From Macrostomum lignano (taxonomy: Eukaryota), in NCBI GenBank assembly GCA_002269645.1, contig NIVC01003234.1, positions 1-64,000 of the forward strand: a stretch of DNA of 64,000 bases, given 5' to 3'. A program made the position numbers and the translations under genes. This document shows, in pieces, positions 11,840-22,204 of this stretch. The notes under the pieces were generated by a model, which did no database searches, was not told the DNA's origin, and worked only from the letters and a program-made list of their open reading frames with translations. Within the stretch, counting starts at the first letter, position 1, and every line of letters begins with the position of its first letter.

Positions 11840-12784
11840 CCTGGGGTTCGGACTGCGGATCTCAGTTGGGGTGGGACAGTTCCAGCCTTTGCATATGCTG
11901 CACCAAAGTACGGTTCTTTTGGCATCTGAAAATGACTGGTAAAACTGTGTCTAAGATTTCTGTCACACAAAATACATTCCTTACAGTGTTTGCTCGTCTT
12001 TTTACAATAATATTTATTGCGGCTTAAGTCTGCGGCTTTGTCAGTCGCATTAAAAAGCTAATTAAAATTTTGCAGCTTGTTTATTTTCAAGCTGCATGCA
12101 TAAGTTGCCGTCAAATGCACTTTAAGTTCCTGTCAGGATGTCATGCTTGAAGAAGACTGCAGAAAATTCGTCTCAGCCAAAGAAGTTCCAAACTTTTGCT
12201 AGAGCAAAGGGATAATCTTCTCTGCATGATTTCAATATTCAGGCGGCACTGTACATATTCCAATGGCAGCTAAAATAGCTTTCATGTGCATGTGGCCTGC
12301 GCGCTGTGTCAACTTTACGCTTGAGGGGCGCAGCTTAACAGTGTCTTTAGTGTCAAGTTCGAGGTACGCACAAATGAAATATTCGACGCAAGTTGAGACA
12401 CTTTCACATTTTGCCATGAAGAAGTTGAGCCCCGAAAAGCTTAGAGAAGGCAGTGTACAGCATGACTGAACTGAGAGTCGTGAATGATAGCCGGCCTTGT
12501 TTACACCGCCAACAATTGTTGGCCATCAATGCAAATCACACCAATGGTGTACATGGTGAACCAGCCGTGACGAAAAAGTATGTACATGTACAAGCCATGT
12601 GATCGCTTAAAATAGGTCTCATTTGATGGCGGCGTATGAGTAAACGAGCCTTGACTCCCTTAAGAGATGGAGTGCTCGACAGGGCCGAAAAATGAAGTGC
12701 CAAACGTACATAAATCAATCAGATAACTGTAGGAGGGTTGCCGGACGCTCGATCTCGGCGACATCGTCCAACTATTACCAGCGC

Positions 12785-12935
12785 TGAGGCAGTTCTGCCC
12801 ATTCCGCTGAGTCCTGAGCACATACAATCGCGCGGATACTGTACGCAGGCACTCCCTCATACACACACGCTCACGCAGTGTGTACAGCAGCCCTGACTTT
12901 CTAATTGTCAGGCATATTCACCCTAGTGCGCCTGG
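12785..12935 (-). mobile_element. SINE body fragment (same family as 17328..17688)
   Basis: The reverse complement aligns with ~17490-17615 (atgcct.acaatt..aagt.agggc.gctgtacac..gtatccgcgcg.ttgtatg..ctcagg..gcggaatgggcag). Confidence 0.7.
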
Positions 12936-12973
12936 CCAATTTTTAGTGACAGTAGCTCGCGAGAATATGTATA

Positions 12974-13435
12974 TACTCAGCAACAGCTAAACCCCCCCCC
13001 AACTCACGCTGTCACACGGCCCAAAAGTTTTGTATGCCATCGGTGCAGACTCAGAAATGTGTGAAGGCTGCCGCCGCCAGACGCGAGCGCAAAGTGCGGC
13101 ATGGGGGATTTGGGGAGGGGGTGGCGCAACTCAAAGTCTCCAGACATGAACCCCATCGAGCATGTCTGGGACTTTGTAAAGCGAAGAGTTCAGCAGGATG
13201 CCCCACAGAATGCTGAACAGTTGCGACTGGCGGTGCTGAATGCCTGGCAGCAGCTGCCCCAAGAGTTCATCAACCGGCTGGTGATCAGGATGCCACGACG
13301 AGTCACGGCACTTTTGCATGCTCGTGGTTCCTACACACGATACTGAGACTAGAATTAAAGACATTGCTTAACTTTTGTGCCCGTGTGACAGCGTGAGTTG
13401 GGGCCGGGGGGGGGGGGTTTAGCTGTTGCTGAGTA
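12974..13435 (+). mobile_element. Second, shorter Tc1 deletion derivative of the same family as 6008..6659
   Basis: Same TIRs, TA flanks and near-identical internal sequence. It lacks the ~240-bp segment between caactcaa and agtctccag. Confidence 0.92.
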
Positions 13436-13860
13436 TATATAGTCAAGACAAGAACTTGACCTCTTTTGACTACTCAAAGTCTATAGTGATAGTGGTGGGG
13501 ATATATGCACTATGGGCAAAAGCTTGATCATATTTGGCCTTAGTAAAAACCTGCCACCCCCAAATTTGCCGTGTCTGGACTTTGTATATATAATAAAGAG
13601 AGTATTTTAATTAATTAATTAATTTTTGGCTTATCTGGGCTAATTTTAAGAAAACCTGAAAAGTTGCATGAGCCAATATGCCTATACATTAATAATCCTG
13701 AATCCGCCACTGGTTTTCGGAATCGGAATCACCAACATCTATTTTCTATAGTGAAGTGCTTCCAAGTTGTACTGCAGACTAAGAACGTTTGATTTTAGTT
13801 TTTTGGTTTTGTTTTGAAATTGAAATTCAAAGTTCTCGTTTCATAGAAACACTTTTTATA

Positions 13861-14120
13861 GGGCCTTTTCATATTACCAATTCCAGAACCAGAATCGGTT
13901 CGGAATTCCAAGAAAAACAGCTGTATAACTATTAAACTCTGTTAATATTTGACTGCCTTAACAACCTAACTTAGCACAATTTTTCACTTTCTTCTTGGCG
14001 ATTGTCATTCAATAATAAAAACTTTATAGCACGTATCTCCCTCTAGTTATGGAGACAAAAAGTTATACTTCACAAATTGGTTCTGGTTCTGGAACCAGAG
14101 CAAGCAATATGAAAAGGCCC
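13861..14120. mobile_element. 260-bp MITE, PIF/Harbinger-like ends
   Basis: TIR gggccttttcatatt...aatatgaaaaggccc with ATA on both flanks. Confidence 0.65.
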
Positions 14121-14807
14121 ATACACTACATTGTATACTACTACATTACACAGGTCACAAGACCGACAAAAAAGGTTTCTATAATCTACAGACTACAGTA
14201 ATGAGTAATTATACATTAGAAGTCATCAGATCAAATAAAGATGGAGCAATCCAAAATCATGGCAATGCATAGGCTGGGCAAAGCCATAAGCATAGGACCT
14301 TAAATTTTTTGAAAGTATAAATCAATGAAATCGTCAATGTTAGGAAAAAATTAAAATGTCAGATTGATTAGAAATAAATATTTGAAATTTTAGTAGTCAT
14401 ATTAAGTAGTCATATTAGAAAACATAGTATATATTTTATACATCAACATACTGCTAGGCTAGAGGTAGAATAGGACCATACATAGACAATTTCAAAATCC
14501 TAGAAACCCAGTTAGGCTGATTTGTGATTAGTAGGGATCTTAATTGGTTAAACCTATATATATTGGAGTATATAGAATCCTATATATTTATTATATAGTC
14601 TAAATATATATATGATCCTAAACTTTAAATCCTAGGGGCCTATCCAATTTTTAAGCATGCACATTTTATATTGGGCCCTATTGATGCCTTTTTGTATGAA
14701 TGGCACATTATAAGGGTTAGGACCTAAACTTTTAGTAAATACTTTCTTTTCTAGCATTTTATTGTTTATATTATAAATATCAACTAGGCCTATCAACGAT
14801 AGAACAA

Positions 14808-15510
14808 GGAAGTGCTTATCCCCCTTGGTCCTATGCTAATAATTCTAATTTTATTCACACAGAGCTATTTCAATAATTTTCAGCTTATCTCCACAGCAGC
14901 TTATTGAAATTTATTGAAATCTATATGATCACTTAGTCATGTTGGCAGCTAAGCAGATATTTAAAATTCATCATTTTAATGACATTTAAGTTTTAACAAA
15001 GTACTCTATACTATTCAGTAGTTTATTCAGAAGATTTGTAAAATAATGAAAACAATAAGATAGTTTTTGCAAGCAAGTTTTGTTTAGAATAAAAAAATGA
15101 ACACATATTTAGATAGATATAGTCATATGTCATATGGATATATTAATATATGATGAACACTTAAGATAAAAAATACAATAGTAGATTTTTAATTAAAATT
15201 ACAAATATAAAACTATATAGGCCTAGAGCATGCTAATAAACTATATGTAAATACCAGATGCAGAAGGACCTCTAGGGTCCTTGAGCAGATTTATTTGAGG
15301 CTACTCTATTCCAGTAAGCTGCTATGCCATAGAGATAAACTGCAAATTATTGACATTGATCCATGTAGATAAAATTGGAATTTTTGACATGGCCTAGACT
15401 TGAATGGTGGCAGCAATAAGCTGCAGTGGGGATAACTAAAAATTATTTACATGGATCTAAATGAATAAAATTGGAATTATTGGCATAAGACCATGGGGAT
15501 AAACACTTCC
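14808..15510. mobile_element. Non-autonomous Mutator-like (MULE) element
   Basis: About 100-bp degenerate TIRs (ggaagtgcttatcccc.. / ..ggggataaacacttcc) and an exact 9-bp direct repeat atagaacaa at 14799-14807 and 15511-15519. Confidence 0.8.
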
Positions 15511-16607
15511 ATAGAACAAATATCAACTATACCAACTATCACCTATGCAACCTACTTGCCAATGGCATTTATTGTAATAGGAAAGCTCATATTGCATTGA
15601 CTATTTGATAAAACCATGATAATATAGGAAGGCAATTAAAAGGGTGTAGTCATTTTGTTTGCCATCTTTATCTATTTGTCTACTAGAAAACAAATTGACT
15701 ATTTATTCAGTTGTAGTGGCTCTAATTATTCTATTTAGCAATTAAATAAATTTAGTAGTTCATTATTTGATTACTTAATTGCATAATTGGTTTCAAAGTG
15801 TATTTTTATAGATTGTTTTAGGCTAGCCTTTAGGCATTATTTTCTTGTTCATGCTATAAGTATAAGAAAACATCACAGAGTAGGTTGAAGCATTCATAAA
15901 AACTTAATTTATTATAAGTTATAATTATTTCAAATAATATAGTATAGGCCTATTAGGCTTTTTGCATATGCCAAGCCTAGGAAGTATATCTAAAACTAAA
16001 TGTATTATTTTCAAGTGTCATTTTTATATATGCACTTATATTTCTAAGAAGAACTTGCTTATATATAAAGCAATTATTAGTCATTTGTAAAACTTCAATT
16101 TATAAGTCATAATTCATAATTGACTGCTACTTTGGAAGTAGACATAATATTATTAAATGATAAAACAATTAAATTGATGAATTGGCTATACATTCTATAA
16201 TTACATTTTCACCTAGATTTAGTTGCCTAAATGTGACAGTTAGTTGCCTAACTCATTATTTAACTAGAACATATAGGGAAATAATGATTACCTTGTGAAA
16301 ACACATGATTAACTTAACCTATAAGAATTTAAAATGAAAATAGATAAGTTCAATCTATCATAACTTGATAGCTTGATAAAATAGCAAGTGCCACTTTGCC
16401 TATACAGTCCATATAGATAAATACAATTAATTCACAAAGGACTATTGAGTATAAGTGCTTCCTTTTTCACTACCCAGTGGGTCAATAATTTTGTTTCCAT
16501 TTTAATAGCATAAATAGCTAATATAACTGGATAGACAGCCAGTTTGTTTCTGTGCCACTACCATGTACTTTTGATTTTTCTATTGAACTGGCACCAATCA
16601 GGTTAAT

Positions 16608-16817
16608 GTAAATGCCAGGTGTAATCCAATTGGGTTAGTGTAAATGCCAGGTGTAATCCAATTGGGTCAGTGTAAATGCCAGGTGTAATCCAATGGGGTT
16701 AGTGTAAATGCCAGGTGTAATTCAATTGGGTCAGTGTAAATGCCAAGTGTAATCCAATTTGGTCAGTGTAAATGCCAGGTGTAATCCAATTTGGTCAGTG
16801 TAAATGCCAGGTGTAAT
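16608..16817. repeat. 32-bp tandem repeat (gtaaatgccaggtgtaatccaattgggtcagt)
   Basis: About 6.5 copies ending just before the acceptor of the RMDN exon. Confidence 0.9.
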
Positions 16818-16834
16818 CCTACCTGTTGCTGCAG

Positions 16835-18917
16835 CCGCGTGGTATTCGAGTCAGCTGGCGCTGGGTCCTGCTGTGGCTGGCGGCCCCGCTGGCCGCTGGC
16901 ACCTGGCTGGGCGTCCTGCTTGAGCACTGCCGCTGCGCCGGCCGGCAGGAGGCCCTGCTGTCCGAGCTGATTGGCCGGCTCAGCCAGCTGGAAGCGGAGC
17001 TGCGCCAGCTGCGGCTGAAGCTGCGCGCCCGCCGGCTGCGTGGCGGCGCCAGCACCGCCGCCTCGACCGCCTTCTTCTACGACGCTATCGGCGGCGGCGG
17101 CGCCAGCAGCGGCTCGGACGAGTTCTTCGACGCCGAGTCCGAGGCTGGGAACGCGTCCGCGGTGATGTTCAGCCTGGCCGACTCTTCGGCCGTTCCGATT
17201 GAGGACGCGGCCGAGCTGCTGGACAAAGTGGACGGCCTGCTGGAGAGCGGCGAGGACGGCCACAGGGAGGCACACAGCATTCTGCGCGACCGGCTCAAGA
17301 AAGACCGGAGATTGGCCAACCAGCCAGGGGGCCGTAGCCCAGCGGTAGCGCAGCTGCTCTGGTGTGCCGCGACCCAGGCTCGATTCCAAGTGCAGCCACA
17401 TTAATTTGGGGCTGGATTGGAATCTTGGCTTGGCTCGCTTGTGCAATTAACGGCCTTGAGAGCCAACCCCCCCAAGGCGCAGTGAAGTGTACATGCCTAA
17501 CAATTGATAAAGTTAGGGCCGCTGTACACTCCTGTGTGAGTGCGTGCCTGCGTAACGTATCCGCGCGCTTGTATGCCTGCTCAGGGGAGTCGGCGGAATG
17601 GGCAGTAATGCCTCTCGCCGGTTGTGTGCCTATGACGCTTAAATTGCGCCAGGGTGCACACAACCCCCCTGCCTCTAATAAAAAAAAATGGCCAACCAGC
17701 CAGAGGTTGCTATGGGGACGCTTGCCAATACACTTCTGGTTGCTATGGGGACGCTTGTCAATTCACTTGAAGTTGTTATGGGGACGCTTGCTAACGAACC
17801 TCTGGTTGCTATGGAAACTCGGACAGTAGTAAACCTTTAGTAGTTATGGGAGATCAGAGAATGATAAACCTCTAGCTGCTATGGGAGATCTGACGATAAT
17901 AAGCCCGTGGTTGCCATGGGAACTCTGACAACAATAAACCTCTGGTGGCTATGGGAAAACTGTAGCAAAGCCATAACCGAGCTACGTCTTCAATACTGAC
18001 TCAGGTTTTACTTCGCTGGGCCAAGGCCTGTCTGCAGCTGCACTTTGTTGAAGCGTCTCCCGGCGGCAACGCCTCGGTTGCTAGGGACCTGCTTGGCCAG
18101 GCTGACGCCGCGGCCGCGCAGGCGCTGGAGCTGGACACTGGCTCCGCAGAGTGCCACGCCGTGCGAGCGCGCACGCTGGGTCTGATGATCCGCAACCTGG
18201 GCATCAAAGACAAGGTGAACTTCCGCGATTACTTGTGGGACATTCACTTGACCCAATTTAGTTGTATGGGGAAGATCTTGACCTTGTCGTCCTACAACCA
18301 GCGCCCATTCCGCTGACTCCCGAGTACAGACAAGGGCGCCAATACTGCACTCAGGCACGCACTCAGACACGCGCTCACACGGGGTGTACAGCGGCCCTGA
18401 CTTTCTAGTCGTCAGGCATGTACACTCTCTGTGGCTTGGGGGCCTATGGGCACAATCTTGACCTTATTTGACCTCTGTACTTACCTTTTTCGTGACCCGC
18501 GTCCAGGTGAGCGGCGGCGTGAAGTTCCGGCAGCTGGTGGATCGCGGCCTGGAGCTGGAGCCGGAGCACGCGGACCTGCTGGAGCTGAAGGCCTGCTTCC
18601 TGTACGAGGTGAGCCGCGTCAGCTGGCTGGAGCGGCGCACGGCCGCCTACCTGTTCGGGCCGGACTGCCTGCCCGAGGCCAAGCTGGAGGACGCCCAGCG
18701 CCTGATGGACCGCGCCCTGGCCCTGCGCCCCGGCAGCGTCACCGCGCTGTACTGGGCGGCCCGCTGCCGCCTGGAGTCTGGGCAGGGCGACCGCGGCGGC
18801 GCCGACGTCACCGAGGCCCTCCGGCTGCTCCACCAGGCCAAGGAGGCCCGCGTCAACGGCGTCGAGGATCGGCGACTGCGCGATGAAGCCGAGAAGCTGC
18901 TGAATGCCTACGCCTGA
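16835..18917 (+). CDS. RMDN: Regulator of microtubule dynamics (RMDN/FAM82, RMDN2/3-like: TM, coiled coil, FFAT, TPR-like domain); exons 16835-17327 (SINE-interrupted), 18005-18214, 18507-18917; start exon not located
   Basis: N-terminal TM segment, coiled coil, DEFFDAESE, VLLRWAKAC, ALELDTGSAECH, FRQLVDRGLELEP and LYEVSRVSWLERRTAAYLF match the RMDN C-terminal domain. Confidence 0.85.
17328..17688 (+). mobile_element. Full-length tRNA-derived SINE with poly(A) tail and 15-bp TSD
   Basis: A box tagcccagcgg 17335-17345, B box ggctcgattcc 17377-17387, A-tail to 17688. TSD tggccaaccagccag at 17313-17327 and 17689-17703. Confidence 0.88.
17706..17958. repeat. Degenerate 33-35-bp tandem array carrying X-box-like 14-mers
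   Basis: Eight units at 17706, 17739, 17772, 17805, 17840, 17875, 17910 and 17945. Confidence 0.75.
18300..18435 (-). mobile_element. Antisense SINE body fragment in an RMDN intron
   Basis: gcccattccgctgactcc..gtgtacagcggccctgactttct..caggcatgtacac is the reverse complement of the SINE body. Confidence 0.7.
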
Positions 18918-19444
18918 AGCAGCACCGGCCGCTGGTGCGAGCAAAGCAGAGAGGCTTCCGCGACCTTCAAGTGACCCCGGTGGGATTGCAGGCAACCTTC
19001 CGACACATCGATTGCGTAACTTGCCGACCCTGGGCACCTGTGGCGTCGCTTTGTATAGTTGCTTATTGTTTTTGTTCCTGTCATGCGGACACCTCAGCTT
19101 GCTGAAGAGGAACAATGCGAGCATTTTTGTGCCGCCCCCTCCCCCATTCTCTGCCGTGTTTATGGCCTGAATTTGTGTTTGCTTGTGTTTCATACTTCAT
19201 TTATTTGATATTATCAATTCATTTTGTACGGCCGCGCTGCCCTTGAATGCTGAGCCGGCTGGGCCCACCTGAGCGATGCATTCCTCACTTCGCGATGAGC
19301 ACTGAGTGGAAAGCATTGACAGCTCCGTTCGGTTGAGTTTTGGCTCAGTGTAGGCGGATTTGAATTGGCGCGCATTTTTGTTTGACTGCTTTTTCTTGTG
19401 ACCGCGAGTTTTAGTCGTGCACTTTGTCTTGCTTGTTTTTGTCT

Positions 19445-20030
19445 AGATCCCTGGGGATAATCCGGCCTAAGATCCCTGGGGATAATCCGGCCTAAGATCC
19501 CTGGGGATAATCCGGCCTAAGATCCCTGGGGATATCCGGCCTAAGATCCCTGGGATATCCGGCCTAAGGTCCTTGGGTTGATGATCCTATCTAAGATCCC
19601 TGAAAATAATTCCAGTCTAAAATCCTTGGGGATAATTTCAGTCTAAGATCCTTGGGGATAATTCCGATCTAAAATCCCTGGGATAATTCTAGTCTAAGAT
19701 CCTTGGGTCGGGATAATTCCAATCGAAGATCCCTGGGTTGGGATAATTCCGGTCTAAGATCCCTGGGTTGGGATAATTCCGGTCTAAGATCTCTGGCTTG
19801 GGATAATTCCGGTCTAAGATCTCTGGGTTGGGATAATTCCGGTCTAAGATCCCTGGGTTGGGATATTCCAGTCTAAGATCCCTGGGTTGGGATAATTCCG
19901 GTCTAAGATCTCTGGCTTGGGATAATTCCGGTCTAAGATCTCTGGGTTGGGATAATTCCGGTCTAAGATCCCTGGGTTGGGATATTCCAGTCTAAGATCC
20001 CTGGGTTGGGATAATTCCGGTCTAAGATCT
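19445..20030. repeat. 25- to 30-bp tandem repeat (ctaagatccctgggttgggataattccggt)
   Basis: About 20 copies, with the unit lengthening along the array. Confidence 0.9.
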
Positions 20031-20105
20031 ATTAGTTTTATAAAAAATTAGGGATAATTTGAATGCCCTAATTCAAGCCACCGGCCTCACTTCCACTTCC
20101 AGCGC

Positions 20106-20537
20106 ATGGCCTCTTCCCTGCCGACCGCGCCGCCGCCGCCCTACAGGCCAACGGAGGAGCCGGACGTGCCTCTGCTGGGCAAGGAGGAGCCGCCCGCCGC
20201 CTCCAATGCCCCTGGCAGCCAGCAGCAGCAGCCGCCGCCGTACTCTGACGCTGCCGGGCCCCCTGCTGTGGTTGTGTCCCAGCCGCAGATGGTCGTGCTG
20301 CACTCGCCGCTGGGCATGGATCCCGGCACGGCGCTGTGCCCCGCCTGCCAGCAGTTCGTGCCCACCGAGGTGAACTTTGAGACCGGCACCCTCACCTGGC
20401 TGGTGTGCGCCAGCATGTGCCTGCTGGGCCTGAACCTCGGCTGCTGCTTCATTCCGTTCTGCATCGACACCTGCAAGGACGCCGTGCACAAGTGCCCGCA
20501 CTGCGGCTCCGTGCTGCACCGCCACAGCCGCGTCTGA
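20106..20537 (+). CDS. LITAF/CDIP1-domain protein, 143 aa, single coding exon
   Basis: Two PPxY motifs, CPAC and CPHC zinc knuckles flanking a hydrophobic segment (GTLTWLVCASMCLLGL..GCCFIPFCID.CKDAVHKCPHC). Acceptor cttccag just before the ATG. Confidence 0.93.
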   Translation: MASSLPTAPPPPYRPTEEPDVPLLGKEEPPAASNAPGSQQQQPPPYSDAAGPPAVVVSQPQMVVLHSPLGMDPGTALCPACQQFVPTEVNFETGTLTWLVCASMCLLGLNLGCCFIPFCIDTCKDAVHKCPHCGSVLHRHSRV

Positions 20538-20574
20538 ACCGTGCAGGCTGGTTTTAACTGAATCCTTCACTTTA

Positions 20575-21465
20575 GAGACTTGATGAATCACTTTAGACTT
20601 GATGCATCACTTTAGACTTGATGCATAACTTCAGAAACTTGACGCATCTTTTCAGACTTGATACATCACCTCAGAGACTTGATGAATCACTTTAGACTTG
20701 ATGCATAACTTCAGAAACTTGACGCATCTTTTCAGACTTGATACATCACCTCAGAGACTTGATGCATCACTTCAGAAACTTGATGCATCACTTTAGAGAC
20801 TTGATGCATCACTTCAGAGACTTGATGCATCACTTCAAAGACTTGATGCATCACTTCAGAGACTTGATGCATCACTTCAGAGACTTGATGCATCACTTCA
20901 GAGACTTGATGCATCACTTCAGAAACTTGATGCATCACTTCAGAGACTTGATGCATCACTTCAGAGACTTGATGCATCACTTCAGAGACTTGATGCATCA
21001 CTTCAGAAACTTGATGCATCACTTCAGAGACTTGATGCATCACTTCAGAGACTTGATGCATCACTTCAGAGACTTGATGCATCACTTCAGAAACTTGATG
21101 CATCACTTCAGAGACTTGATGCATCACTTCAGAAACTTGATGCATCACTTCAGAGACTTGATGCATCACTTCAGAGACTTGATGCATCACTTCAGAGACT
21201 TGATGCATCACTTCAGAAACTTGATGCATCACTTCAGAGACTTGATGCATCACTTCAGAGACTTGATGCATCACTTCAGAGACTTGATGCATCACTTCAG
21301 AAACTTGATGCATCACTTCAGAGACTTGATGCATCACTTCAGAGACTTGATGCATCACTTCAGAGACTTGATGCATCACTTCAGAAACTTGATGCATCAC
21401 TTCAGAGACTTGATGCATCACTTCAGAGACTTGATGCATCACTTCAGAGACTTGATGCATCACTT
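20575..21465. repeat. 21-bp tandem repeat (acttgatgcatcacttcagag)
   Basis: About 40 copies; source of spurious ORFs 20732.. and 20738.. Confidence 0.97.
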
Positions 21466-22204
21466 TGGAACTGGGGCAGATTGTATTGAAGACTGTCCAT
21501 TTTTGTCCTAAAATATCTTTAGCAATAGACTTGAATAGCTGGTGCGCATGTCGCACAACTCATTTGTTAATTTTTGGTCTGAAGTGCAAAAATTTTCTGT
21601 AAAGTAAAAGTCATGATAGAGTCTTTTTTTCACTTTTTTAGAATCTTTGTTGTCAAACTCTATTTTTGCTACTTCTGAGTAGGCAACTATGGAATAAATG
21701 TGTTAGTTAGTCTATCTTGATGCGCAAAACCAACTAAGCACACGTGTTTTTATCATTTTTCTTTTGTCAGTAGATGAGTATGAATGAATTAAAATATTCC
21801 TGTGACGTTTAGAGGTATTTTTTTATGCAATACCTTCAAAAAACATTTTTTGAAAATATATTTTTTAAAAATATTATTCAAAACATTTTTACGTGTCGTC
21901 CGGATGCATAAAAATCTTTATATTATTCTGTCCATATTAATTATTTTTTATAAAAGTACGCTACGTACTATCAATAGTTTTTATTGGATTCCTGTATTTG
22001 GTAACCAAGATTTTTTCTCTTAAATACCCTTTGTCCCGCTGGATTTATCAAAGTGTGTCCGCTTATTTTATTTATGCAGCTTGTTACATTCTAGAATTGA
22101 AAAGCAGCACAATTAACAACCACCTTTGCTTAACTATAAACTGTCAATATTAAACGGTTTCACTTTAACCTTGCTTTTCGAGGCTTACTTTTTTGTAGTA
22201 TGAC

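Noticed and set aside
20732-21556. Long ORFs in tandem arrays (also 27215.., 31417.., 33951.., 36284.., 52964.., 54959.., 59584.., 62037..)
   Set aside because: They are periodic translations of stop-free repeat units, and several lie in introns of identified genes.
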